From Callorhinchus milii (taxonomy: Eukaryota): a DNA stretch of 64,000 nucleotides. The stretch covers positions 133,674,001 to 133,738,000 of the forward strand of contig NW_024704742.1 of assembly GCF_018977255.1 (NCBI RefSeq), in the 5' to 3' direction. The translations under genes were made by a program, and so were the position numbers. Of this stretch, positions 25,701 to 40,700 are shown piece after piece. Below the pieces are notes generated by a model. That model worked only from the letters and a program-made list of their open reading frames with translations. It was not told the DNA's origin and ran no database searches. Positions within the stretch are counted from its first letter, which is position 1; every line of letters starts with the position of its first letter.

Positions 25701-28700
25701 GCACCTTGAGACATCCTCCCGACGTGAAAGGCGCTTTATAAATGTAATTTTGTTGTTTTTTTTGTTGTAAACCTCTCACAGCCTTCAGCAAATTCCACAA
25801 GGAAATAAAATCTCTCGTCTGATCCCTGTACATCTATCTCTCAGCTGAGCTTTGGTTTAGAAGATTGGCGTGACCTAGATCCTTTAATGCCTGAGTTAGT
25901 TTAACACATTAAGATCATGGCTGATCTGTACCTTAACTCCCATCCCAGTGTCATGCACCCTATCACTTCAAAGGGCTTCACATATTATTACATGGACCCC
26001 AGTAACCTGGCCTCATCCATCCTTCATGGTAATGCAATTCCTATTTGTTAATTACTCTAGGTAATGCTCTGAGACACTACCACACATGACAGGTGCTCTG
26101 TAAACACAAGTTGTTGTTGTTGTAATGAAAAATGTCCTGACTTCTGTCCTGAAATTGTTCTTTCCAACCTTATCCTTCTCCCTGGGCATATCTGGCAGTT
26201 ATCCTCCTGATGTGAAAGGCGCTATATAAAATGCAAAGGGTTATTATTATTTTATCACACAATATGAGGAAGCTTGATTTATCTAGTGGATAATCAACAG
26301 CTGTAACAGGTTATAATAATGACAGCAATAATAATCATAATCCTTACATTGGTATTGCACGAATCATGAATAAATGAGATCTGAATCTGTCTGGTGATTC
26401 TTCTTACCTATGGGGCAGAAACATACCACTGTGTATCCCACAGGTACACAGGCACAACTTTCTTCCCCTCTCAGATCTTTCATTAAACTCTCTTGTCACG
26501 GGTGGACTGGCTGTCCTTTTCAATGCCCATCACCGACACCAGTCGGGCTGAATGGAGCGTGCCTGGCAGAAGCCTCATGTGCCTCGCAGCCTCCACTAAT
26601 CAATGCCATTGATCTTCTAGATCACAAGAAATCGCCAGGCAGGTTCAGATGACTTGGTCTCATTTATTCATGATTTACGTGCATTTGATCTCACCCTTCC
26701 AGAATATTAAACCCCATTGTCTTTTAATAAGAGCATCCAGTTATTACTTAAGGTCAATGTCCTGGCCTCAACCCCAATACCTGGTTCTGTGTGTTAGTCT
26801 GGCTCAACTCTCACCTCTGAGTCCTGTGGTTGTGGGGTTAAGACCCATGTCAGGACTTGAACTCACATAGTCTAAGCTGATACTCCAGTGCAATGCTGGG
26901 GTTCTGCTGCATTGTCCTTCAGATGAGATGTTAAGACTGAGGTTCCTCCTCCCTGTTCAGGTGGAAGTTAAAGATTCTGGGGTACTATTTGAAAAGAGAA
27001 GGGAGTTTCTCCTGGTGTCTTGGTCAAGTTATTGTTTCATCTTGTGTGTCAGCCTGGCTCAGCACTCCCGCCTCTGAGTCAGAAGATTGTGGGTTCAAAT
27101 CCCACATCAGGACTTGAACTCACATAGTCTAAGATGACTTTAGTGGTGGGGAGGGGTGGTGAAGCATTGTCAGAGGTGCTATCATTCAGATGAGATGTAA
27201 AACTGAGAACCTGTGTGCCTGTTCAGGTGGACGTTAAAGATCCCATCATGCTACTCAAAAAGAGAAGGGAGTTTCTTCTGGTGTCCTGGCCAACTAACCC
27301 CCAAATAAAAATTTTCACTGACTCAATGGCTGTTTGTGGCACATTGTGTTGCCGCATTCGCTTAAAAAATACATTGTCACACCATTTCACAGTAATTCCT
27401 CTGAAGCTCTTTAAGATGTTCTACTAACGCGATAAGATGCTAAATCAAATGCAATGATGATTATTACCTTCCCCTCACCCATTAATCCCCACTCGCTCTA
27501 CGTCTAAGCCTGTATCCTTGCATTTTTGATATAGCGCTTTTCACGTCGGGAGGACGTCCCAAAGCGCTTCACAGAACACACTGTAAAGTGAATTGACTGT
27601 ATATTTGTGGGCGAACGCGGCAGCCAATTGCGCACAGCAATGTCCCACAAACAGTCGTGGATTGAAAATGACCAATTTATTATTGTTTTTTTTTTTGGTT
27701 TTGGAGGGATTATTATTAGGCTCTGTGTGGAGTAAGGAAACTTGCCCAAGGTTTCGCCCTGCCTGGAATTGAACTCAGGTCTCTAGCTTGCAAAGCGAGT
27801 GCTCAACCACTGAGCTACAGGACTCCATCTGAAGTGCTGGCGAAGTTATACTACATGAAGGGTGCTGTTGATTTCTCTCCTGGGTCACTCTCCCACTGTG
27901 AAACACCACTGTTTCTAACGCACCGTGGCTTTGCCCTGTTCTCAGCGATTATGCTCTTTGTTATCTCACAGGTGTACGGCGACAGATTGTTCGGTGTGTA
28001 GAAAAGACCAGCGGAGTGGTGGAAGACAGGTTCTGTAACCCGAGGAGTCGCCCTGACAACAAGCAACAGAAATGCAATGAACCGGATTGTCCGGCCAGGT
28101 GAGATCTCACTCGCTGCTACATCTCCTGACGCAAGTCCCAGGGAACAGGCTGATTGATCGCAGAGGGATCTGGGCAGATTAGGGAGAAGGGCTGACAAAT
28201 GGTAAATGTCGTGACTGTGTATTTTGTAGGTGGAAACTCAGCAGTCAGTTTGCGCACAGCAATATCCCTCAAACTGCCATGGCTTGAATGGCCCATTTTA
28301 TTTGGGGGATTGTCGAGCGGGCCACTGGGAGAGAGAAACTCCCTTCTCTTTTTGAATAGTGCCATGGGATCTTTAACATCTACCTAACAAATAGGATCTC
28401 AGTTTAACATCGAAACTGACATTTGAGTACAGGATCAGTGGAGTACTTCATTGTCTGTCTGATGACATTAAACTGTGATATTATCTGCCTGTTCAGGTGG
28501 ATTTTAAAGATGAAAATAGCACTATTCGAACAAAGAAGTGAGTTTCTCCTGGTGTTCTGGCCAACAATCCCCCAATTATAATCGGTTGTTTCACTTCACA
28601 GCTGTTTGTGGGACGTTGTTGTATGCAAATTGCTGTCACATTTGCCCACAAGATGCACAGCTGGTACAAATTATAGTAAATCCCGTGAAGCGCTTTGAAA

Positions 28701-31700
28701 TGTCCTCCCAAGTGAAAGGCTCCATATCAAAGGTAAGGATTATTACTGTGTCAATTAACGTAGAACAAAGTGGATATGGATTTCAGGTCAGCAGAAGGAC
28801 GATTCTTTTTTTCTGTGATGTACATGGAGACTCATCACTTTGCTTAAGAATATCTGAACCAAACTAGGGAAGGTGATCCTGAGGTAATTGCTTTGCACAG
28901 ATAGCAGAGAATCTACGGAGTTGATTACCCAGGGAATTCTGGAAGAAATTATCAATTTAGAACTGATTGGACAAATTGGTAGACTTGCTCCCCAACATGG
29001 AACTGCAAATCAGTCTCATTTCAGCCTGGCAGCAGAGCAGAGATAACAAAAGAAAAAAAGAGCGAGCGAGAGAGAGAAAAAGAGAGAGAAAGACAGAGAG
29101 AACAAAAGATGGAGAGAAAGAAATAGAGAGAGAAATAAAAGAAGGAACAACAACAACAACAAGATTCCATTTATAAAGCGCCTTTCACGTCAGGAGGACG
29201 TCCCAAGGCGCTGCACATTTGGGTCAAGGAAGGAAGGCTGCAAGGTGCTGGCAGACCGAAATAAACCAAAACTGCTGAAAAGTGACAGCAGGTTAAATCA
29301 GAGTGCAAGGCATGTTAGTATGTCAGGGACTTGATCAGATCTGTGTTTGGAATGGATCTCTTTGGTAGGAGAGTGCAGGATAGGGTCAGAAAATTCAGCT
29401 TCCTGAGTGTGGACGAGTTCCATCCAACTGTCTTGCTCAACTCAGATCACGATATTTACGCTACAGGATTGAGTGGTTTCTCACGAGAGGTCACAGTTCC
29501 GGTCAAATTCCAAGGCCTTTGTAATAATGAAGACTGGATCAGTCAGTGGGTTTTCACTGGGCTTTAATTGAATGGAGTCAACAGATAGATATTCACAGAG
29601 ATGGTAGATTATATAGTGCATCTTTGATACAAGAGTTTGAACGAAAAAGAATAAAACAAATTGTGTAATACTATTATTACATAATAACTCAATTATTGTT
29701 ATATGTTATGATTATTGCTTTATAATGTCATAATTGTTATTGGATATTATTATTTTATTATAATTATTACTGAACATTACTGGATAGTATTGTTTGTTGT
29801 GCCACAATTATTAATGGAAATTACTATTGTATAATACCATAATTGCTAATGTGCATTACTATAATTATATTTTAGTTGATACATTCTAATTACATAATCA
29901 TAGCCTTATTAAAAATATTACAATTATCATGAAGTGCTTTTTTTATCAGATATAAGGGTGACAATCTGACAATAAAATGCACAAATTATACTGGGTGCAC
30001 TTACGTGCAGTTTGGAAAACAAATTTACTGTGTGTTCTGAGTTTGGAAGATTAAGTGACAATCAGTCAGAGTAGAGCAGAAATTCAAGTAATCCAGCAAA
30101 ATGAGAAATGATAATAATAATCCGTATATTTGATATAGCAAGAAAATCCCTTGAATTTTCATATGTGGAGACCCATATCTTGGTGGTTAGAGCATTCGCC
30201 TCGCAAGCGAGAGGACCCAGGTTTGATTTCCAGGCAGGATGAAATCTTAAGCAAGTTTCTTTACTCCTCGGTTAACACTCCTTTATTTAACTAGCAGTAA
30301 GTAGGAACCCGGTTGGTAGTAGATTGTTGGATCGCTTTCCGTGGGTAATAATCACTCCAAAAAAAAGAATAATTTGGTCACTCGATCCACGACTGTTTGT
30401 GTGCAATTGGCTGCTGCATTTCTCCCACAAAAGCGCACTCAATTCCCTTTAAAATATATTCTGTGAAATGCTTTGAGATATCTCAATGGTTAGATTTCTC
30501 AGTGGTTAGAGCGCTCGCCTTGCAAGCGAGAGGCCTGGGTTCGATTCCCAGCAGGGCAAAACCGTGGACAAGTTTCCTTACGCCACACGCCTAATAATAA
30601 TGCCTCAAGTGGAAAAAAAAACAAAAAACAATCACTTCAATCAACAACTGGTTGTAGGATACTGTTGTGCGCAATTATCTGCCGCGTTTCGCCCACAAAT
30701 ATACAGTCAATTCACTTTACAGTATATTTTGCGAAGCATTTTGAGATGTCTAGAAGATGTGAAAAGCGCTATATCAAATGCAAGGATTATTATTATTATT
30801 ATAATACACACTGGCACTCCATTCGCACTCAAATACAATTAGTTTACATAAAATTCATGTGAAACATTTTGAGACCACCCCCTTAGCCCCCACCCGCCTC
30901 AGCTCCCACTATCCTCGACCCCACCCACAGCTCGGGTGCAAACCTCGGACTGTCCAGCATCTTGGGACATCTGCCCTACGTGAAAGGCGCTGTGTGAATG
31001 TAAATGTGTTATTGTTGAAACCTTTGGACAACGAGTGAATAATAATGGTAAACCTCGCATTTGATAATAGCATCTTATCACGTCATTGAGACATCTCAAA
31101 GCGCTTCACAGAATATACTGTCAAGTGGTTTGACTGTGTATTTTGTGGGCGAAATGCGGCAGCCAATTGGGCACAGCAGTGTCCCAGAAACAGCCATACG
31201 GCGCTATATCAAACTCAAGTATTATTAACACTCACTGGTATCTGTTGAAATTGCCCTTCAACCCTGTACCCGTCTCCATCTGATCCTTTGTCTCAGGGGG
31301 ATTTCTGAATGTAATGGTCGTTTCTGTGTCTCCTTTCGAATGCGGCCTCCCTCATCACCTCGATGTCATGTTTTACAGATGGTGGGCTGGTGAGTGGCAG
31401 AAATGCTCCAAAGCATGTGGATTTTCAGGTGTGAAGAAGCGAACGGTTCTCTGCATCCAAACTGTGGGGCTGGATGAGCAGGCACTTCCGGTGTCCGAGT
31501 GTAAACACCTCCCTCGGCCACGAGCTCAATTACCCTGCAACAGAGATATCCTCTGCTCCTCCAACTGGACCGTGGGAATTTGGGGTGAGGTAAGGCAATC
31601 CTGTCCCAAGGATATTATCATCAGTGCAAATTCCAGGCAGGATGGAACATTAGACAAGTTTCCTTACTCCACACACATCTGTTTACCTTGTAGTAAGTAG

Positions 31701-34700
31701 GAAACCGATTGTTAGTTGATTGGCAGATTTGCTTTCCAGGGATAATGATCCCTCCAGCCAAAAAAAAATAATTTGATTCATTCAATTCACGACTGCTTGT
31801 GGGACTCTGCTGTGCGCAATTGGCTGCCTCATTTCGCCTCAAAATATACAGTCAATCCACTTAATAATGTATTCTGTGAAGCGCTTTGGGCCATCTCAAT
31901 GACAAGATAATGCGCTATATCAAATGCAAGGATTAACAACAACCAATTGCATTTACATAATGCAGGTTAGCTTGCCAGAGTCCTTGGGTTTATTATTAAT
32001 CGTTCCAAATTTGGAATAAAACAACTCAAAGTTTAGGTGTCAGCCAGGCTCAGTTGGAGGCGCTCACACCTCTGAGTCTGAAGGTTGTGGGTTCAATCCT
32101 CTGTTGGGACTTGGAGCTCACAGTCTAGGCTGACACTCCAGTGCAGTGCTGAGGAACACTGCATTGTTGTCACAGGTGCTGCCCTTCAGATAAGACATTA
32201 ATTGAGGTCCCAAATACCTGTTAAAGATCCCGTGGCACTATTCGAAAGGAGGATTACAAGGAGCTCCATTTTATAGCTAATCCTGTGGAAGAGTTTGAGA
32301 GAAAGAGAGTGAGAATGAAAGAGATGTTGAAAGAGAGAGGGTGAGAATAAGAGAGATGGTGAAAGAGGAAGGGGGAGAATGGAGCGAGGGTGTGAGGGAG
32401 AGATAGTGAGAGAGGCTGAGAGAAAGAGAGATAGAGAGAGAGACACAGTGAGGGAGAGAGAGAGGATGTGAGAAACATAGTGAGTATTTGTGTGTGAGAG
32501 AGAGAAAGAGGGAGAAAGAGAGAAGATGAGAGAGAAAGAACCTCTTTGAAGTTTGGATTTGTAAAAGTCTGGCACATCAGAAGTGGGTCAAAGTCCATAT
32601 GTCCATACCTCAGTTCACTCCGAGATGATTATTTTGAAAGAATTTTTTTCACAGAGATCAGTTGAAGCAGCTGCATTTCAATGGGTCGAATCACCTCGGC
32701 TATAAAGTATTTATACGATGAGGCACCTTCATCTTTCATAACCGAGTGTATTTCTGACCTCATGAAAATCAAAGCTTCGGGAATCGCAGAATCAGTGGGA
32801 AAAGATTTTGTTTTAATCATGGGTGGCACGCACTGCCTTAAACCAGTGTTATTGATTAGACCTGATACAGGATGACCAAATTATAATAGGATTTAACAGG
32901 CTAAATAGGGGAGAAGCTATTTCCACTGGCAGTATAGTCAGTGAATGGATGACATAGATGTAAATTAGTCACATGAAGAGTGAAGGGGATCTTAGGAGAA
33001 TATTTTTGCACACAGAGAGTTGGGATATGGAATGCTCTGCCAAGTAAGATGGTAGAGGCAGTTCTCTGATGGCAAAGTCCATCAAGAGGGAAATAGACAG
33101 TTATATGAAAGTTAGAGGGCGGAAGTGATATTGGGATTTCCCAGTGCACAGCAGTGTCCCACAAACAGCCATAAAGGGAATGAACAATTCTTATATCGGG
33201 CAATGTTGGCCAGGATACTAGGAGAAAGTCACTTCTTTTTTTGAATAGCGTCGTGGGATCTTTAATGTCCACTAGAAGAGGCAGACAGGACTTCAGTTTA
33301 ACGTCTCATCGAAAGGACAGCTCAATGGACAGTGTACGCCCATCATTGCAATGGAGCATCATCTTAGACTATATGAGTTCCAGGTCGACTTGAGACTTGA
33401 ACCCACAACCTCTGACTGAAAGGCAAATGTGCTACCAATCGCGCCAGGTTGACATCAAGACGCTATAATAATAATAATCCCTGCATTACAGATAGCAACT
33501 TATCATGCCATCAAGATGTCTCAAAATACTTCACAGAATATACTATTAAGTGGGTTGACTGTATATTTTGCGGGCAAAATGCGGCAGCCAATTGCGTACA
33601 GCAGTGTCCTACAAACAGTTGTGGAGTGAGTGAGCAATTTTTTGAGAGAGATTATTACCCCCAGAGAGCTATCCGCAATCAACTAACAATTGCCTTCCTA
33701 CTTACTGCTAGGTAAACAGAGGTGTGTGGAGTAAGGAAACTTGCCTAAGGTTTTGACCCAACCGGAAATCAAATCCGAGTCCTCTCGCTTGCGAGAGGAG
33801 CACTCTAACCACGACACTACAGGACTCCATCAAATGCAAGGATATTATTATTTCTCCTGAAGTGAAACAGCTTGTTTACAGCAGAAACATTTATGTGACA
33901 CTGTTGGCCTTTTGTTATTCTCTCGCCTGAGGGTCTCTCAGAATATAAATAGCCTGTAACATTGGAGCTATTAAACAATATTTGGTTCACTTATCTTCAA
34001 GACTCCGAGTCAGATCTTGACAGGAAATCGAAATTGCTTGCTTGTTTGATATCTCCGAATGTGCTGTTCTATCACTTCGAATTAAAAGGACAATCTGGTG
34101 AGTGTATTGTTTATCTATATGAGAAAAGGACATTATTCAACAACAGCAACAACAACTTGGATTCATATAGCGCCCTCCACGCCGGACGGCATCTCAGAGC
34201 GCTTCATAGTAACGGATCCCAGGGCGAGGGGGAGGAAGGTGACCAAAGGTGCGGTCGAAAAGAAAGGTCTTCAGCAGAGACCTGAAAGTAGGAAGAGAGG
34301 GAGCGAGAGCTAGGGAGGTACAGAGAAGTGGAGGGATTTGAAGACAAGGGTGACGATCTTGAAATCGATCCTCGCTGGGATTCCCCCTGCATTTCCCACT
34401 ATCGACATAATAATAATATAATCCTTGCATTTGATATAGCGCTTTTCATGTCTTATCGACGTCTCAAAGCGCTTCACAGAATAGACTGTAAAGTGAATTG
34501 ACTGTATATTTGTGGGCGAAACACATGTGTGTGATGAATGTTGAAATAATTGAGTGGTCTTGATATTCAGGATAAAGTTTTGCTGCTGAGAGTGTTTGTG
34601 CACAGATGCAATCACCAACCATTTGTAGAGTCCTGTAGCATATTGGTTAGAGTTCTCGCCTCGCAAGCAAGAGGACTCGGTTCGATTCCCTGGCAGTGCA

Positions 34701-37700
34701 AAACCGTAGAAAATTTGCCTAATCCACATGCCTCTGTTTACCTAGCAGTAAATCAATTGGCGGATCGCTTTCCTGGAGTAATAATCCCTTCAAAAAGCAA
34801 TTAAAATAATAATTTGGTCGCTCAATTCCTGACTGTATTATAACTCCCCAAAGGCTGCATGGTGAGTGTTTCACAATTACATGGAGGATATGGATTGGAA
34901 ACATGCAGGTGCAACCTTGGTTTCATGTCTCATCCAACGATGGACACCCCCTTCCACCCAACGCTTCACTGGAGTTTTATCTTAAGACTGTGAGCCCTAA
35001 GCCCCTGACTTGGGGTTTGAACTCACACCCTTCTGACTCATAGGATGCAAAACACAAAGCCAATATACGTTAAAGTAAATCCTGGTGAAGCGCATTAAGA
35101 TGTCCTCCTGACATGAACAGTGTGTGAAATAAATAATAAAATTATCCTTGCTTTTGATATAGCGCCTTAACACGTCTCAAACCGCTACAGGGTATATTGT
35201 AAAGTATATTGACAGCATATTTTGTGGGTGAAACGCGGCAGGCAATTGTACACAGCAGTGTCCCACAAACAGTTGTGGATCGAGTGACAAATTTTTTTTT
35301 GAAGGAATTATTTCTTCCGGAAAAGCAATCGAACAATCGACTAAAAACAGGTTCCTACTGACTGCCAGGTAAATAGAGGTGTGTGGACTAAGGAAACTTG
35401 GCGAAGTTTCGCCCTGCCTGGGAATCGAACCCAGGTCCTCCTGCTTTGTGAAGCGACTGCGCTAACCACTACTCTACGGGATGCCTACAGTATTAAGAGA
35501 GCGACATTATAACAAGTAGCCAGGTGGCTCTGGACTGAGGCTTTGTGTGGTTGTGTTTGTCTTGCAGTGCTCCGCTTCGTGTGGAGGTGGTTTTCGGACA
35601 CGGACAGTAAACTGCACAAGGCCTGTCAAGGGGAGCTGTGTTCTTTCTAAAAAGCCGAACGCCAGAGGACTGTGCGCTTTGAGGACTTGTCCCACCAAAA
35701 AGAAGGTACTCTTGCCCCCCCAGAGACCCAAGTGGGGGAAGCCCCCCGACAAAAACGCCCCCGACAAACACGCCCCCAACAAGAAGGTGCCAAGGGCTGG
35801 GCTGAACCACTCCGGCTCGAAGGATGAAGCAAAACTCAACCGAATGTCCTCCACCGTCACCACCACCAGCACTCAGCAGCCGGGTAACACTACTGTACAG
35901 CCAGATAGCAGAACAGACACCAACAAAGGGCTAAGCCACCAGCCCACTGACCGTGACGAAAGGCAGAAGAGTGACAGATCCTCGTCGGACAAGGATTTCA
36001 ACTCGATCGCCTTCCACCATGTCACAGTCCAAGACAACAATTCCACTGGTGGGTGGAGGGCTCCTGAGCCAGTGAGCATTGAGCCCACTGCAATAGAAAG
36101 TGAGGGTATGACAGGTCAGCCCATTGAAGTCACCGCACAATGGGACGGTGGACAGTTCCTGGTTACAGAGGTCGGAGTGACAGACAATGGTCGGGACTAC
36201 GGTATTGAAGAACCCAGCACAAAGCCCGGCGACTCAGAGAATCCAACGGTGACTGAGAAGCCAACTCTCGCGAGCACGGTGACTCCCGGCAGCCTGACGT
36301 TAGACATTAGTGATCCTTCGCCGGGGGACATCCAGAGAAAGCCGGGGATTTCCGGAGCAAAGACAGACCCGAAGGTTAAACCAGTTCCCGTACGTCTCCG
36401 AGAGAAACTTCAAGATTTGCTGAACCCGGCCCGCTTCACCAACAACACCGGGGACACAAATTCCTCTTCCGGGGCCAAATCGCCAAACACCGCGAGCGTC
36501 ACGCCTTTGCCAGGGATCGCACTTCCCGATCTGCTCGAGACTAACTCTCTCTCCTCCTCCGAATCTCAGCCGACTGGGGGAATACCGAACAAGGCCAGGG
36601 TGACTGATCCCTTCAATCTTACAGCGGATTACAATGGCTTTGAGACCGAAGGGAATGAAGACGGAGTCTTTTGGAAAGTGGGAAACTGGAGTGAGGTGAG
36701 TCCCTGGAATAAGCTTGGCCACACACTGAGACCTTCTGACATATAGGGATGTCATTCATATCAACAACACCACTAAATTACACTTGTAGAGTGCATTTCA
36801 CGTCAGGAGGACGTGCCAAGGAGCTGGATGGTCATGGATCTGGCCGTGTGCGGGGTGAGGGGCAGGGAGGGTAGGGGTAGGAAGTGACCAAAGTAAACAC
36901 TTTCAGTTACAAAGTGTCCAGCGAAACATAAGACAGTGCTACCATGTTCTATCTCAATCCACAGCCAAACATTGCTGTCATTGCTGAAGTTTTGATGGTT
37001 CAATACTGGGCAAGATTTGTGGCGTTTTATAATGCCTTCCTCATGTTCCTTAGAGTACTGTGCCCAACCCCTCCCCCCCTTCCCCTGGCTCATGACAGGT
37101 TGACCCTTGGGAGGCAATTTTCAATGGGTGACCCTCAACCTTATCTCTCACGTAAGCAAAATTCATCTCCACACTTTTATCACCTCCAGCCAGGCACTTG
37201 CTTGCTGTCCTCCACAGGTTCCTAAGCTGGCCTTACTTTACCTGCTCCCTTCCTATCCTCCAGAGGATCCATTTTGAAGATAAGGCCCTGGATCTTAAAA
37301 TCCTCCATGACCTTGCCTCCTCTCCCACCCAGCCGTTCCTTCACTCTGGCCTTCAGACCTCCCAACACTCCACTGTGCCGTTGGTAAGAGATTTCAGACA
37401 CTTTGTCCTAACCTCTGGAACCCTTGCAAAGTCTTGTCACCTTGTCCCCCCCCTCCCTTTATTCTTTCAAAATCTGTTTAAAGAATCAGCCTTTGATCAC
37501 CTCCTGCCCCATCTCCCTCCTAGCTCAGGTCCCATTCTGTCTTTGAGATATTCTCCCATTGTCAAAGGCTCTGTATAAGCATATTGTTGTTGTTAATGGG
37601 TAAAGAGAGAATACTCCCCTGGGTTTAGGTCAGGTATGACTCTGGGTGCTGTACCTTTCACCGACCTCTCTCTCTCTTCTGTCCAGTGTTCCACCACATG

Positions 37701-40700
37701 TGGAGTAGGTGCTGTTTGGCGTCATATCGAGTGCAGCGCGGAGGGAGACTCGGGATGTGAGAAGATCAGGAAGCCCGACCCTGCTCGCAGGTGTTTTGTT
37801 CGCCCATGTGCAACCTGGAAAATAGGCAACTGGACCAAGGTGAGGAGCACTAGGAGCACCATGAGACATGTCAATGGGGCAAGTTATTGGGGTAGGTTAA
37901 CGGGTCAGGTCAATGAGATAGGTTAAAAAGGTAGGTCAATGGGGCACGTCTCAGCACCTTGAGACATCCTCCTGTTGTGAAAGGCTCTATAAAAATGTAA
38001 TTTGTTGTTGTTGTCAATGGGGCCGATCAATGGGACAGGTCAATGTTAGCAGGTCCACCACACTGAGATGCTACCCCGTGTGAAAGGCACTATATAAATG
38101 TAATATGGTACTTTTCCAATAACGCTACAGGATCCTTTAACATCCACCTAAACAAGCTGCCGGAAGCTCAGTTTAACATCTTGTCCGAAGGACGGGAGCA
38201 TCTTCAATGCAGCAGTCTCCCAGCACCACACTAGAGTGTCAGCTGAGACTACATGAGTTATCAGTAGGGCAGAACAGTGGGTCAAGTCAATGAGGCAGGA
38301 CAAGGGCTCTAGAACTATGAGATTTCAGTCTATAATCGCATGTGAATATGGAGATCATGTGGGTGGAGACTGGAGAGGAATTGAAACCAATTACAGTAAC
38401 CATTCACCTGCAAAAGGCAGTCATCACCCTTTACAAATATGCGAAGTGCTTTGAGAAGTCAGGAATGTAATCGCTCGCTGTATCCGCTGAATCCAAGTGG
38501 AAGTAAAATATCGTTATCAGAGCCAAATGACAATGCGACGAACCATGTAACAAGATGAAGTTAGGCCAGCAGTAGATAAGGCAGTTTCCAGGGAGCTAAG
38601 TACTGAAATCTGAAACATGGTAATTGAGCCATAATGTTGTATCGGATGTGCTAGTGGCTAAAAGCATTAGAATGTAATGGGCAGCATGAGACATTAATTG
38701 CTTCAATGTGATCCGGCAATGGGGCTGAATTCGATTTGCTTTTGACAGCATTCTTTTTACTGTGTCTCGAGATGTTGGGTGACACTTGCAGGGCAAAGCA
38801 TTTATGCAGAGCGTTGACCTACTCCAAACATTTATTCTGCATCAGCTTATCGGTCAGTGGCTTTTTCTTCTCTGAGTCAGAAGATCGCCGGTTCCAGCCT
38901 CACTTTGGGACTTTGAACCCATGTAGTCTGGGCTGAGATTTCAGTGCAGAACTGGGAGAGCGCTGGATTGATGATGATGCAGTCCTTGGGTTAAACCAAG
39001 ATGCTGACATCCTGCTTAAACCTCGCCCCTCCCTTGTTTTCTTCAAGGCCCGTCGAAAGAACTTCCTTTTCGTCCGTGCCCTCAGTCATCTTCCCTCCTC
39101 CACGCCCCTTGCCCTCACCCCCTCTTTGCTCCCAACCCACAGAGTAGGAGCAAACCTATCATGGTCATGCACCTTAAATTGTTGTCCTGACGTGAAAGGC
39201 GCTATACAAATGTCATTTGTTGTTGTTGGATGTTAAAAGATCATGTAGCGCTACTGGAAAAGAGAAGGGAGTTCCAACCAGTGTCCTGGCCAACAATCAC
39301 CCAGATAAAATCGGTCATTCATCACATGGCTGTTTGTGGGACGTTGTGTGCAAATTGACTGCTCCATTCGTTTACAAACTGTACAGTCAGTACCCTTTAC
39401 AGTATGCAGTGAGGCACTTTGAGGTATCCTCTTGAATGTGAAAGGTGCAATATCAGAAGCAAGGATTGATTATAAATCCAAGTGAAATTTCGGGCCTCAG
39501 AAGTGAACTGGCTTGAAGCCACTTTCGTCCAAACAACTCAACAACACCAACAACAACTTTTACTTATAAACCGCTTTGCATCTAGAACCAGCATCTCAAT
39601 GCACTTCTCAGAGACAATGAGCAGGAGGAGGAGGGAGAGGAGGGCAGCCTGAGGCTGCTGTCCATAAAATGGACATGTGCTTGTGTCAATGACAACAACA
39701 ATTTACATTTGTATCGCGCATTTCTCGTCGGGAGGATGTCCCAAGGCACTGGACTGTCAGAGATTTGGACCCAAGCAGGGAGTTTGGGATCAGGAGGGGT
39801 GGAGGCAGGGAGGATAGGGGTTGGAAGATGACCGAAGGGGCAGTCGAAGAGGAGGGTCTTGAGAATTGACTTGAAGTAGGCAAAGGAGGGGGCAAGGCAA
39901 AGGAACTCTGGGATGGAATACCAGAGGGTGGGGGCAGAGAGGCTGAAAGCCCAACTGCTGATGGTGGGTGGGCTGGGCAGAGAACGTGGAGCAGACCAGA
40001 GCCTGCTGATGGGAGGGAACGGACAGGTCGATATGGATATCAAGAAGTGAGAGGTAAATCTGTTTTTTTTCCCTGGTGTGTTAACAGTGCTCGGAGAGTT
40101 GTGGAACTGGTTCCAGGATCCGCAGTGTGCAATGTAACGACTCCCACAAGAATAGACCGCTGCGACCTTTTCACTGCCAGCTGCTGGGAAGAAAGCCCGA
40201 CACCAGCCTGGACTGCAACCTGGGGGCTTGTGTGGAATGGAGGGTCTCTGCGTGGAGTGAGGTATTTAAACCAAGGCTTCCGACACAAACATTACCAGTG
40301 CAAAACAAATGTTAGCACGCTCACTTCGCAAGAGAGCGGGTTCGATTCCCGGCTAGGGCGAAACCTTAGGCTAGTTTCCTTACTCCATATCCCTCTGTTT
40401 ACCTAGCAGTGAGTAGTCAGTCGATTGTCAGATTGTATTCCTGGGGTAATAATCTCTTCAAAATAAATAATAAGTGGGTCACTCAATCCATGACAGTTTG
40501 TGGGACAATATTGTGCTCAAGTTGCCTGCAGCCTTTGGCCACAAATACACATATGCTCTGGGATGCTACCCTACGTGAGAGCCGCTATATAAATAAGTTG
40601 TATGTTCTTATATGCTCGACTTCACAGTAAATCCTGTGATGCACTTTGGGATTCCTCCTGCTGTGCTGGCTGACCATTCCCCAGATAAAATTGGTCATTC

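Noticed and set aside
30497..30560. tRNA-Ala-like arm (CTCGC-CTTGCAA-GCGAG) with A and B boxes, repeated many times in the window
   Set aside because: These are SINE heads running into CORE/Deu bodies and L2 tails, not tRNA genes
35547..36746. 399-aa ORF as a stand-alone single-exon gene
   Set aside because: It is the mucin exon plus intronic overhang; splice sites at 35568 and 36695 fit the neighbouring exons
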